46,836 bases of DNA from Octopus bimaculoides. Lineage: Eukaryota. This document shows positions 10,682 through 23,277 of the stretch, in pieces. Under the pieces are notes generated by a model. It was given only the letters and a program-made list of their open reading frames with translations. It had not been told where the DNA came from and did not search any database. The position numbers and the translations under genes are program-made. The stretch spans positions 16,677,631 to 16,724,466 of the forward strand of contig NC_069004.1 in assembly GCF_001194135.2 (NCBI RefSeq), given 5' to 3'. Every line of letters begins with the position of its first letter. The stretch's first letter is position 1.

Positions 10682-11344
10682 GTGAGGACATATTCTTTTA
10701 TTCTGTTCAGGGATTGGGACTGCAGCCATGTTGTGGCACCACCTTGAAGGGTTTAGTTGTACAAGTAGACTGTAGCACTATGTTTTTAAAAGGCTGGTAC
10801 TTATTCTGTCAATTTCTTTTTACCAAGCTGCTATCTTATGGGGACATAAACAAAGTAGCACTGGTTGTCATGTGGTGGGAGCAAGATACAAGCATAAGAA
10901 TGTGGTGTACACACATGCATGTATATACATATGTATTTGTAAGTACATGTAAATATATACATATACACTTGCATACACAACATTCACACAGTTTCCATGT
11001 ACCAAATTCACTTACAAAGCATTAGTTGGCTTATATAAGTAATGAAAAGTGGATGTTATAATGATGATGTTTATGATATTCTCCAGTTGAAAAAGGACAG
11101 CTGCACATCACATATCAGTTACTGTCCAGTCAGTATCATGAACTGTATTGTCCTGTTGATGGAACTCTCTCAGAGAAATACTCTGGGAATCTCTTAGCCT
11201 TATTCAACCCTCACTATTTGGATTTATCCCTAAATCCAGCTTCTGTGGCCGAGTCATTGAATTTGCTGAAGGCATCACCCAAATCACAGGTCGCAGCTCA
11301 TGATTAGATGTTATCCATCTTGACTTTACCAAAATCTCTAACCG

Positions 11345-11555
11345 TTTAGCATTCAGATTATTCGGGCAAATGTTTTGCTTATTTATTCACATTGTTTTGA
11401 ATTAATCATGCATTAACTCACAGCTTTGAGATTCCAATGATGTGATTGTTTAGTTTAAGAATGACATTGTAGGGTTGGTGTGAGAAGCTGGATCAGGCTG
11501 ATTTGAACATAAAACAAACTTATATATTTTGGCTTGGTATGGCCGGTATAACTGG
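11345..11555 (+). mobile_element. piggyBac-type MITE, degenerate
   Basis: tttagcattcagatta...ttcacattgttttgaattaatcatgc...gtgtgagaagctggatc body shared with 5050-5269. Confidence 0.65.
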
Positions 11556-11938
11556 TTGAGTCCTTCATTTCTGGTCAAAAAAATTTATTACAGAACTACG
11601 ACAATATTCTGTACCCAGTCAAAACTGAATGGATTTGATGGATGGAAACTCAAAGAAGCCTGTCATGTATGTGTGTGTGTGCCTCCTTGTTTTGACATTG
11701 TATGATTGTTATAAAACAAGTGTCTGCTGTTATATAAGTGGTATTCTGTCTGATCTATTTAAGCATGGAAAAGTGGACATTAAAATGATTTTCATCTAAT
11801 AATCATTGCAGTTACAAATTTTCATCTCTTTTCAGTGTATATTTGTATGGTTATAAATTTATCGACCTACTGAAAAATGTTTAACTGATGAAAATGAAGA
11901 TGATAATAAATTAATGGTTTCCATTTTTTAAAATTCAG

Positions 11939-12067
11939 ATTATTAATGGAGCTGTGTTACAGCAAGTATTTATAGTAGAGTTTACTGTTCACAACCAGAT
12001 GTGTTCTGATTGTCACCGTGTTGAGGCTAAAGACTTTTGGAGGGCTGTGGTTCAAATCAGACAAAAG
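11939..12067 (+). CDS. NMD3: NMD3 coding exon (IINGAVLQQVFIVEFTVHNQMCSDCHRVEAKDFWRAVVQIRQK)
   Basis: Acceptor aattcag, donor AAG/gttagt; 129 nt; CxxC and W.A.VQ.RQK motifs. Confidence 0.97.
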
Positions 12068-13292
12068 GTTAGTTATTCCTCTCTTCTTCTGTTTCACTCT
12101 CTCTTTCTTTCCCCCTCCCCTCGATAATTTTTCTGCAAGACAATTACTTGGTCATCACTTTTAATAATAAAATCATGAGATGTTCAATTCCAGTTCATCC
12201 CTGATAAGAAGGCCTATGATCGAAGCTGTTCTAACCTTGATCGTCCTATCTTTTTGTACACTTTAGATTATTGTGTCTAATGCATCCTTTATTTAATGTG
12301 TAATTTGATGGTAATTTGACTATTCCTAACAGTTTTAGTAACTATGGAGTTGCTCCTTTGATGATATGTAATACTCCTTTTAGTACCCATGTCTATCCTT
12401 AGCCCATAGTAAGATTGGAACTCAGTACTACAAGCTAAAAAAGCATTTGTTTGTTATACATTGCTGTGGCTGCTTACCTTTTAGTGCTGTTAAAGGAACT
12501 GGACCATTGAGATGAACATAGAACTGCTGATGTAATTAAAACATTTGACACAATCTCATAACTTAGTACTCTTATAGCACTTTACTTCATAATGCAACAT
12601 CTAACACTCAAAACTTATTATCAGATGTAAAGGCTTGTTACTTATTCGTGTGTTATGTTCTTGAGCAAGACACTTTATTATTTCTCATTGCTCCAGTCCA
12701 CTCAGCTGGCAGAAATGAGTAGTTCCTGTAATTCAAAGGGCCAGCCATGTCACATTTTGTGTCATGCTGAATCTCTCTCAGAACTACATCTCTGGGCATT
12801 GCTCAGCCTCTTTCACGTTAATTTCACAAGCAGGCTGTTCCGTTGATTGGATCAACTGGAACATTCATCTTTGAAGCCAACAAAGTGTCAGTTTACTTCT
12901 GAGTAAAAATACCTATGTTAACCCATCTGAAACTGCCTATAATAAAGTATTCATATTTATATTAAAATTTCATAACATGAATAATGTCATGAGATTTCAG
13001 TTGGTTAACACCAGCATCATATACTAATCTATATAAAGTTACAGATATTTTAATAAGTATTTTGATGCTTCAAAATTTTAATATTTCAAAATTAACTGAA
13101 TCACACAATCAATCTGTTCACAAGAAACATAGTTATGAATGGTTTAATCTGATTTGGGTAAGATTTGGATTGATGTTAGAGCAGGTACTGAACAATGAAA
13201 ATCTGTTGCAACTGTTTTACTAATTCCAGCTGTTTTGATTGTTGCTGACTAGCTTAATGAAATGCTGTAATAGATTTCTCGTTTCTTTGCAG

Positions 13293-13383
13293 ACACAACA
13301 CAAGAAAACATTCTATTACTTGGAGCAACTTCTGTTGAAGCATAATATGTACCAGAACACTGTAAACATTAAACCTATGCATG
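13293..13383 (+). CDS. NMD3: NMD3 coding exon (TQHKKTFYYLEQLLLKHNMYQNTVNIKPMH)
   Basis: Acceptor tttgcag, donor G/gtatgt; 91 nt, phase 0-1. Confidence 0.96.
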
Positions 13384-13766
13384 GTATGTATAGTTGAGCA
13401 TCATCTTTAACTTTACTTTTTCCATGCTGGAATCAGTTGAACAGCTCACTTTTCAACATGGTGTCTATCTCTTTCTCTCTCCCTCCATTCTGTGGTCCTT
13501 TTATCATCTTTTGTGAGGCTCTTGAAATCAGCCATGTCTGCCCCTTTCAGTTTTCTCCTTCCACATGCTTTTCCTACCTCCATCCTTTAGCAATTTTTCA
13601 TTAACTGTCATTCTTCACATGCATCACATACTATTGCAATCGTCTTGAACTCTACAATGAAAGCCTTCACAGCCCAGTTTCTCTCTGCACTGTTCACGCT
13701 TGCTGACATTACTCACCCAGTAGATCGTGCTCACTTCATTTCTTTCCAGTTTTCACATATTTTACT

Positions 13767-14258
13767 TTGCCAGTGCCCCTGGACTGGCTCTTGTGCGGGT
13801 GGCACATAAGATGTACTATCCTGAGCGTGACCGTTGCCAGTACCGCCTGACTGGCCTTGTAGGGTTTTTGAGCGAGATCGTTGCCAGTGCCCCTGGACTG
13901 GCTCTTGTGCGGGTGGCACATAAGATGTACCATCCTGAGCGTGACCGTTGCCAGTACCGCCTGACTGGCCTTGTAGGGTTTTCGAGCGAGATCGTTGCCA
14001 GTGCCCCTGGACTGGCTCTTGTGCGGGTGGCACATAAAAGACACCATTTCGAGCGTGGCCGTTTTCGTGCGGGTGACACGTAAAAGCACCCACTACACTC
14101 TCTGAGTGGTTGGCGTTAGGAAGGGCATCCAGCTGTAGAAACTCTGCCAAATTAGATTGGAGCCTGGTGTAGCCATCCGGTTGCACCAGTCCTCAGTCAA
14201 ATCGTCCAACACATGCTAGCATGGAAAGCGGACGTTAAACAATGATGATGATGATGAT
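13767..14258 (+). mobile_element. Young RTE-3'-end-related element with internal 114-bp tandem repeats
   Basis: Units start at 13767, 13881 and 13995. The 3' part (gcacccactacactctctgagtggttggcgttaggaagggcatccagc...gttaaacaatgatgatgat) matches the 3' UTR of the RTE at 7422-7800. Confidence 0.8.
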
Positions 14259-14708
14259 TTACTCATTCAGCTCCATGGCTTATCACACTTTCTGTACACT
14301 AGATTTTTTTCTTCTTTTTTTATGTATATATTGAGTAAATTTAATTATATTTTTTGCTCTTTGGAACTTTGCAACTTAATTACTCTGCAGATAAAACACA
14401 GGGCAATGAGTTTATTGACAATTACTTTAATGCCAATATATTTAATGCAATAGAATTACACATGAGAATTTATTGGGCACTTATTATATGACCTACTATT
14501 TTGAGTATGGCTTCTTAAGAATTATGACAGCTTGACATTTGATGATGATTTTCTTTGAATTACTACTTTCCACTAAGCAGTGCTAGTTTTTTTTTTTTTT
14601 ACAAAATAATGCATCACAACAAGGGATATTGATGCCATGTATCCTGCTCAACTTCACCCATCTCATCATCCTTACCACTCCCTCTCTTTGTTATTGACCA
14701 CTGCACAA

Positions 14709-15074
14709 ATTCCTTCCCCTCTTCCTTCCATATTCCTTCCCCTCTTCCTTCCATATTCCTTCCCCTCTTCCTTCCATATTCCTTCCCCTCTTCCATCCAT
14801 ATTCCTTCCCCTCTTCCTTCCATATTCCTTCCCCTCTTCCTTCCATATTCCTTCCCCTCTTCCTTCCATATTCCTTCCCCTCTTCCTTCCATATTCCTTC
14901 CCCTCTTCCTTCCATATTCCTTCCCCTCTTCCTTCCATATTCCTTCCCCTCTTCGTTCCATATTCCTTCCCCTCTTCCTTCCATATTCCTTCCCCTCTTC
15001 CTTCCATATTCCTTCCCCTCTTCCTTCCATATTCCTTCCATATTCCTTCCCCTCTTCCTTCCATATTCCTTCCC
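14709..15074. repeat. 23-bp polypyrimidine minisatellite (tccttcccctcttccttccatat)n, about 16 copies
   Basis: Directly visible; explains the 23-aa periodic ORFs in several frames. Confidence 0.95.
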
Positions 15075-15398
15075 ACAATAGCAACTACTTTCTTACTCCC
15101 TCAATCTGTTCCTTCTATCGTACTTCAACCTCTCTCTCATCACCTTGCCTGAAATCATTGCTCTCTCCCTCTCCCAATTCCCTGTTCTCCTTTAGACCTT
15201 TTTGTCTTCGTGTTCCAAGGTTTCCTCACTAGTGGTGGCGCTATGAAAAAAAACATCCAGTACACTGCAAAGTGGTTGGCATTACAAACCATTGCCAAAA
15301 ATTAGTCCATGATTCAGTCCTCCAAATTTTGGATTGGATCCTGTTGAACCAGCACAGAGAACAAACATTAAATGATGATTATATTATTTTTCATATAG

Positions 15399-15477
15399 GT
15401 GGTTTGGATTTTTATTATGCTTCGAAAAACGATGCCAGGAAACTTGTGGACTTTCTCCTGTTAGTGGTACCATGCAA
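15399..15477 (+). CDS. NMD3: NMD3 coding exon (GLDFYYASKNDARKLVDFLLLVVPC)
   Basis: Acceptor catatag, donor AA/gtgagt; 79 nt, phase 1-2; GLDFYY motif. Confidence 0.96.
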
Positions 15478-16611
15478 GTGAGTTGAGTAGTATTTTCACA
15501 TCCCTTAACAATGATTTTCTTTTATTTGTCATGCCTTCTCTTTGTGTCTTCAGTGTGACTCTGTTTTATGTTGTTAGTTCATCTTTTTAAGCTCTAACCA
15601 TTGAGATAGCTTCTGATAGTCAGAATGTTGTCATACTCTAATTAGTGTGAGAAAAAGGGTTTTTGATCACAGTCCTGAGTGCAGGAAAAATATTATTTTG
15701 CTGCCCTCTTGTCCCAGGATGTATGGTGATTGTGCCATTGCTTAGAAAGCTGTTTTCTTAGTTCATATATTTAATTGCCATTTGTAACATTTTGTGCACA
15801 CTTTTACTTATAAAAGCTAATTTGAATAAACATTTCCTCTCTCCACTTCTATAAAAATTATATGTGTATACTACATAGAAAACATTAAAAATTAAGAATT
15901 ATCAACCAAGTAATATGAAAAAGTAAAGCCCTTGTAAATATCAGATATGCAGCATGAATCACTCAGCAAGATTGTTTACAATCAATAGGAAATAACCAAG
16001 TTTACTGGATATTTATAGAAAGTTAATATTTAGCGTAGTTTGTTCTTTTTTTCCCCTTTTTCACCACTAACATTGTAAATCTTTATTTGTTGTATGTACT
16101 CACATTTTTTTTACTGCTTGTTACATAAAATTTCATACTGTTTTTGCTCTGAAATTTTTACTTTCTATTGGATTACTATTTCACTCCACTTCACTCCTGT
16201 ATTTAATGTTATCAGTTACCTCAGGTATCTTAATGGGATATTTGGCAGTTGAACAGCTTCAAAACATAGGGGTACTGTATTATATTTATATATAATACAG
16301 TACCCCTATGTAAAAGAAAAAACAATGAAGAAAATTTATTTTTTTTATGCATCAGAGATGAGAATACTGATATTTCAAACAAAGCTTTTCTTCATTTGTT
16401 GTAGTTTAATATTCAGTTTGAATTATTGAAGATATATGTTAATGTACACAGTAATGCAGTTTGCAATTGGTAGTTGGATGAGCAAGGGTTATCCTCAGCA
16501 TTTTCTTAGCTTTCAATTCCTTTGTTAATTGTCTTTTAGGGAACAGTGAAAATACACACAACATTTTGGAAGCCATATATTCTCTGCTAATTTTGGTTTG
16601 TGTTTCTCTAG

Positions 16612-16708
16612 GTATCAGATAGCTCAGGAACTTCTCTCTATGGACATTCACAGCAACATTGCCAACTATAAATGGGCGTTCTCAGTGGAGATTGTCCCTG
16701 TGTGTAAG
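16612..16708 (+). CDS. NMD3: NMD3 coding exon (YQIAQELLSMDIHSNIANYKWAFSVEIVPVCK)
   Basis: Acceptor ctctag, donor AAG/gtgaga; 97 nt, phase 2-0. Confidence 0.96.
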
Positions 16709-16834
16709 GTGAGATCTATTTGTTTGTTTTTTAAAATAATCATTTAAAAACAGAAAAATGGAGAAAAATTGAACTGATTTTAGTTATCAAAGCTGTAAAT
16801 GTTTTCCCTTTGTCTGATTATATTTGTGTGGGTG

Positions 16835-17215
16835 TGTCGTAAGAAGTTTGCTTCTCAATCACATGGTTCCTGGTTCAAGCCCATTGCATGGTATCTTGGG
16901 CAAATGTCTTCTATTATAGCTTCAGGCTGACCAAACCCTTGTGAATGGATTTGGTAGACAGAAACTGAGAGAAGCCTATTTTATATTTATATATATGTGT
17001 GTGTGTGTGTTATTGTCTCCTTGCCTTTACATCACAATTGTTGTAAATGAGTGTCACCATTATGCAAATGGTGCCCATTGTTTTCAGTATTTTTTGGAAA
17101 ACCTGTCTGGTCATCGGGAAATATTTTGCTTGGAAACAGGTGAAGGTTGGCAAAAGGAAGGGCAATGTCCTGAGCAATGTGAGCATGAGAAAGTGGTTGT
17201 TAAAATGATGATGTG
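16835..17215 (+). mobile_element. tRNA-derived SINE (abundant family; other copies at about 4040-4150, 11580-11760, 17270-17440, 33960-34400, 35890-36060, 37100-37250, 42580-42960)
   Basis: Shared body aagaagtttgcttc..aaccacatggtt..ggttca..ccc..tgc..ggca.cttgggcaagtgtcttctactatag...gtgaatggatttggtagac.gaaactga.agaagcc. Confidence 0.8.
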
Positions 17216-17754
17216 ATATACATAGACACAAAATGTATAACACTGCTTGTATAACAGTGAGACTTGTTTACAACTATTTCAGTGAGCTTCTTTCAGTTTC
17301 TGTCTATCAAATCCACCCAACAGGCTTTAGATGGCTTAAGGCTACAAAAAAACAGTTGCTCAAGATGTCATGTAGTGAGATTGAACCTGGAACTATACAG
17401 TTGTGAAGTAAACTTTTAAACTACACAGTCACGCCTGTCCCTAGCAATATATATATTCTGTGTGTACCGTTGATACTAGGGTTCTCTGTAGATTTTCATC
17501 ATCCAGGCTACTCCAGCCGAGTGGCTGTGTTATTACTATGCTATTACTGGTTATGATGTACAGAGCAAATGTAAGAGAAATTATGATAAACACAAGTTAG
17601 TATCATTTGTTCCTTATGTGTATCAACATTTGATCTCTGTAACAATGCAATAGAACCTTGTGTCCAAAGCTGTCATTCCAAACAATCCCAATGATGAAAC
17701 CTCCATCTGGAAGGAAGGAATGATGTAAACTTGAGTTTATCATAATTTCTCACA

Positions 17755-18655
17755 CATTATCATTGTTTAACATCCATTTTCCAAGCGCTGGCATTGGTTG
17801 GACGGTTTGGCAGGAGCTGGCCTGCTGGAGATCTGCTTTAGTTCCATTTGTCTGTTTAGGTATGGTTACTATGGCTGGATGCCCTTCCTAATGCTAAACA
17901 CTTTACAGAGTGTGCTGGGTGCTTTTCTCATGTCGCTGGCATGGATGCTTTTATATGACACTGGCACTTTTGTGTGACACTGGCACAGGCACATTTACAT
18001 GACACTAGCACATGTTCTTTTATGTGGTACCATAAAAGAACACGTGCTAAGACATTTTGTCCTGTGTCTTCCTGGGTCTACCCCTTCCACATGTTCCCTC
18101 CACAGTTTGACACCAGCACCTCTTTATACAGCTGTCCTCATCCATATGCATCACATGCCCATATTAGCGTAGTCTTCTCTCTTGCACATTACATCTGATG
18201 CCTCCTATATCCAATTTTTCTCTTAAATCATTTACCCATCCTGCAGAGCATGCTGGCTTTGTTTCTTTCAAACCTTCTCATGTTCTTTGTAGCCATAGCC
18301 TGTGTTTCACTGCTATGCAGCATAGCTTTACTTACACAGGCTTCAAGCAATCTGCCTTTGACTCTGAGAGAGAAGCCCTTTGTTACCAACAAAGGTAGTA
18401 ACACTCTAAACTTTGCCCAGCCTGTTCTTAATTTAACAACTACACTCTCAGAACTTTTTCCTCTACATTAGGCAGACACTCCTTCTCCCATGCATTCTCT
18501 ACATTTAGCAACCTTTCATAGTGACATTTTCAAGTCTCTTTCTTTGCAGAATATCTAACTGCAAGTGAACTATCATCCATGTGGATACACTCTCTCCTCC
18601 ATCATGATTCTCTCACACAGTCTTGCAATCTGAAACACCTGAAACCTCTAGTTCC
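17755..18655 (-). mobile_element. RTE LINE 3' fragment
   Basis: Same 3' UTR and C-terminal ORF2 remnants as 7422-9446. Confidence 0.75.
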
Positions 18656-18730
18656 TATGCCATATATCTTTATCTTTCTATCTATCTATCTATCTATCTA
18701 TCTGTCTGTCTGTCTATACACACACAGACA

Positions 18731-19760
18731 CTAGACTACCAGTGACCTGTTCGGTCACCAGGAAAGTCTGAGTTTCCTAGCAACGAAGTTTTGTTTCATG
18801 GGTTTCCCCCTCCCCCCAAGTTATTTTGCACGCTTTCAATGAATGTAACATCGAAATCATGAGTAAGTGGCTCCTTTCCCCAGAAAAGGAAAGATTTGGC
18901 TGCTATTTCTTGCATGCCCTGCTACTATGTAACAGGTATTTTGGGTCCTTTATCACAAATAGCAGTTATGTGGTAGCAGGGCATGCTAGAAAGAGCAGCC
19001 AAATTTTTGGCAGTGAGATACATTGAATGCACTTGGAAAAAACCTATGGAAAGAAAATTATTTCACACTGAGGTTATGAATGGTTCTTTTACGAAATATT
19101 TATGCCAAAAAAATTTTTGTAATGGTATCCACTTGAAAATAATTTTAAAAAACATTGAAATATTGTCTGTTTAAAGAAAGCTAAAATATAAATACTTATT
19201 GTACAAACCACTTACATTTTTGAAATCACATTCACTTAAAAATATTTCTAAATGATTAAAATATTGTGTTTAACAAAAGCGAAAATAGAAACATTTACTG
19301 AAGAAAAAAATCGTATTTTTTTGTTGTCAAGTTGGTCTAATCGAAAGGTAATAGTTACTTCCCTTTCAGGATTAAGTTAATTTCAGAGACTTATTCCATT
19401 ATGCACCGTTTTGGGTATTTATACCCCAAAACCCTTAATATCTTCACAACCACTTATCCAATTTACATGAAATTTGTTTCATTCCATTTGTGTTTACATT
19501 TCAGAGGGCACTTCATTCATAGTATTTTCCCATTATTTTTAAACTATAAAGTTTAATTATATATTAAACATAAATTGCAATGCTTAAGATTCACTTCTGT
19601 TTTAAATGTCAACTTCCGTCTGAATTCCATATGTAAACAAATAGCTTTTCTTTGCTTTCATAAAAAATGTAATAAAGTGAAAAAAAAACAAAACAAAACG
19701 AGTAAATTATTTTTAAAAGTATTTTGTAGTGCTAAAACAATAATCCCTATCTAATAGAAT
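18731..19760 (-). mobile_element. Non-autonomous Helitron-like element
   Basis: On -, hairpin gtgacc-gaaca-ggtcac (18742-18758) lies 7 nt before a terminal CTAG (18731-18734) followed by T. The 5' end is uncertain. Confidence 0.6.
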
Positions 19761-20119
19761 TAAGTTTTCAAATTGTGTTAGACTGCAGTCATGCTGGGGC
19801 ACCACCTTGAAATTATTTAGTCAATAATATCATCTCCCAACACAATTCTTCACACATGGCCAGATGTATGTTGCATTATCAAGAGCATCAAGAAAAGAAA
19901 ATATAAAAATATTAACCGAGATGAATGAAAAGGGTCCATTTGCTGACTGTTGTGTCTGCAAAAAATTTCTACAGTTATATGAGACATTCATTACTCTCTT
20001 TTAATTGAAATGTACTTAAGTTTATTTTTAATTGCTAGGAAAGGGACACTAGAAATACTTAAGATGTCTATAAGTGAATATAATGAAACGACAATATAGC
20101 AAAACTCAACTCTTCATAT

Positions 20120-20505
20120 ACTCTCTTTTACTCTTTTACTTGTTTCAGTCATTTGACTGTGGCCATGCTGGGGCACCGCCTTTAGTCGAGCTAATCGACT
20201 CCAGGACTTATTCTTTGTAAGCCTAGTGCTTATTCTATCGGTCTCTTTTTGCCGAACCGCTAAGTTACGGGGGCGTAAACACACCAGCATCGGTTGTCAA
20301 GCGATGGTGGGGGGACAAACACACACACACATATATATATACGACAGGCTTCTTTCAGTTTCCGTCTACCAAATCCACTCACAAGGCTTTGGTCGACCCG
20401 AGGCCATAGTAGAAGACACTTGCCCAAGGTGCCACGCAGTGGGACTGAACTCGGAACCATGTGGTTGGTAAGCAAGCTACTTACCACACAGCCACTCCTG
20501 CGCCT
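20120..20505 (-). mobile_element. Full-length, CpG-retaining (young) tRNA-derived SINE
   Basis: Head on - reads aggcgcaggagtggctgtgtggtaag...gagttcagtccc; central (AT)/(AC) tract; tail ...gcggtgccccagcatggccacagtcaaatgactgaaacaagtaaaagag. Confidence 0.85.
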
Positions 20506-21814
20506 ATATTGGTAAATGTAATTCATTAATTTCCAGCAGAGCATCTATTTTCAAATTCACTCAAATGAAGATTCATGAACATTTCCCCTTGACAGTCTCA
20601 TCTCTTTTCCAATTTTCATTATCATCTTTTTTAAATGTATCATGGATTGTTTTACTGATTACAGAACAAACTGTAACAGAGTCTTTGTTCAATTCATGAG
20701 CATATTGTCAATTTACTCTAAAATTTATGTATCATATCTATGTGTATATTTAATAACAAAATGTGCAACCCGGAGGGCAGTTTTTGTACTAGTTATGTAT
20801 AATTGAAGAATTGTTTTCATAATTCTCATCCCTAATATCAGGCTTAGTAGTATGAAACATGAGTATTGCTACTTTTTGAGGCTAAGACATCAGATATAGA
20901 ATTATAATGAAGTGCTCCTACAGAATCATGAGCATTTCAGACAAAATGCTTAGTGGCTTTTCTTCCTGCTCTTTATATTTTGAGTTCAAATTCTGTCATG
21001 GTTAACTTTGCCTCCAATCCTTTCAGGGTTGATAAAATAAGTAACAGTCAAGGACTGGGGTCAATGTAATCGACTTGTCCCCCACTTCAAAATTTCTGGT
21101 TTGTGCAAATTAGAATTATTATTGTCCATATAACATAACATTGAAATTATTAGTTTTGTGTTCCTGCTAGTGTTTATGAAACCTGTTCAAGACACTGCTA
21201 GACATAAAATATTATTATATACTTCAGAGTGAACTAATTCACATAGTGCCCTGTCCAGAAAAACAATTATATCTCTCTTGCTCACTTTATGTACACACTC
21301 ACACAGAGAGAGAGAGAGAGAGCATGGTTGTGTGGCTGAGAAACTTGTTTCCCAACAGTGTGGTCCTGGGTTCAGTCCCATTTTGTGAATGTATAGCCCT
21401 GAGTGAACTGTTTAACCACACAGCCATATCTATGGCAATGAGTGGTGGATTCTGTTGGTCTTGTCATTGAACATTAAGTTTTTGACCAATTGAGTAAGAA
21501 TTTACATGAAATGAAAGTGGCTAAGTATTACACACACACTTAATGAATTGACTGTTCTGATGGTTTATTTATTGATCTTAAGAGGATGAAGGGCAAAGCT
21601 AACTTTGGCATAGTTTGAACTCAGAGTGCAGGTAACTAGAATGAGAACTGCAAAGCATTCTATCCAGCAGTAATGATTCTGTCAGTTTGCCGCCTTACTT
21701 ACTTGTGGATGTACATTTATGTTTTCCTCTGAGCTGTGTAAAATGACTGCTATATTTTAGATTTAGATTTATTTAAAAATAATTTGTTTTATTTTTGTTT
21801 TTTTCTACTTGCAG

Positions 21815-21932
21815 GATGATGTTGTATGTCTTCCCAAGAAACTGGCAGCTTCTCTTGGAAACATTTCACAAATTTGTGTTGTGTACCGAGTAACTAAGGC
21901 AGTTCATATCATTGATCCCATTTCTTTACAAA
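21815..21932 (+). CDS. NMD3: NMD3 coding exon (DDVVCLPKKLAASLGNISQICVVYRVTKAVHIIDPISLQ)
   Basis: Acceptor cttgcag, donor A/gtaagg; 118 nt, phase 0-1. Confidence 0.96.
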
Positions 21933-23134
21933 GTAAGGATAATTTCACATCGTTACACCACAACTGGTCTTCTCGGTGCTGTCTTTCTCTCTCTCTCTCC
22001 TCCTTTCCCTCTCTCCCCTCCTGCATCTCCCTTATTGGTTTGCAAGAGCAAGTTAACATGCCTGAACAACAACTGCAGTGACAAAGGAGCTGAAAATAAA
22101 TGGACATTAAAAGAATCATCTGCGAAGACTTCCCTGGTGTGAACCTGTAAGACTTGGGAAGAATAACAATTAAATGAAGTAGGAAACAATTGAACTGGAA
22201 GGAGTGTATATAGAAGATTAGTAACGAAGTGCTGACGGCTCCATCTTTGAAGAGACCACAACAAGTAGCAAGAAGCAGTGCTGAGGAAAACCTGTCCATT
22301 CCATAGAAAAGTGGGCACATGATGATAGTTATGATGGCAAATGTGTTTCCTAATGCTTGATTATCAGAAATTTGTTCAGCTGGCAACATCTGAAGCAGTG
22401 GTTAATTTAATAGTGTTATCTAGTAATGTGAGGATATGTCTCCTGAAGGGTCACACTGAGACTAGTACTTCGTTCCATTTGTTAGATTTGAGGTAAATCT
22501 CCTTGTTAGCACCCTATTCTACTACAGCCTGCTTTTTAAAAACCTGATCACTATTTTCCCATTTTGTCCTTCCACCTGTTAAATACTTCTATAAGTTTAT
22601 GCTATGATTTTAATATGTCTCTGTGTCTGTATTATGACATTGTCATGTGTTTTAGCTTTAGCATAGCAATACTTTTTTAATGGTAGTAACCGCATTCCAG
22701 AATTGTAGCATACCATAATATTATTTTCTGTTGGCATGTTAATGTAATTAAAATACTTGTATGAGGATGGTGATGTCTAGATATTACAACATCTTTTAAA
22801 TAACTGTACTTCGGATCAGTATGGTAATGTCATAATGACTCCTCTTCCTTCCTCTACAAGAATTTCATCTTGACATTTTGTATAAAGAATCTAATACCTT
22901 CTTCACTAAAGTGGTTTCACCATTGTGTCCACAGTAGTAGTGTGGACATCTGTACATTTTGTTTTGATATCCAGATTTCACTTATCTCCTCTATTGCTAT
23001 ATGATAATGAGCGAAATATCTATGATATTGCTGTTGTATTGGGAGAAAGATTGTTGTTGTTATTAAAAGATGCTTATTAAGAAGAGGTATTGTAATAATG
23101 TCTGCTGTACTTACTTGTTTCCTTCCATTTCCAG

Positions 23135-23277
23135 TTGCAGAAATCAGTGGACAGGTTTACTGGAGAGAACCCTTTCAGAGTCTGAGTACCCCAAAGCAAC
23201 TCACTGAATACATGGTAATGGAAATTGACCCAATTCCATTTCATGAGATACCCCATGTGTCTCCTGCTTCAAAGAAA
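23135..23277 (+). CDS. NMD3: NMD3 coding exon (AEISGQVYWREPFQSLSTPKQLTEYMVMEIDPIPFHEIPHVSPASKK)
   Basis: Acceptor tttccag, donor AAA/gtaagt; 143 nt, phase 1-0. Confidence 0.94.

Noticed and set aside
12195-12260. Third hammerhead-like motif (ctgataag...gatcgaagc)
   Set aside because: Both catalytic boxes are broken (CUGAUAA, GAAG) and the stems are not supported; at most an old Penelope-type remnant.
13727-14186. Overlapping ORFs on both strands
   Set aside because: A by-product of the GC-rich 114-bp tandem repeat; no recognisable domain.
14614-15152. Several 116-171 aa ORFs with 23-aa periodicity
   Set aside because: Translation of the 23-bp minisatellite in multiple frames; not a gene.
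20761-20793. Possible Helitron 3' end (weak hairpin followed by CTAGT)
   Set aside because: The hairpin is imperfect and no matching 5' TC end was found.
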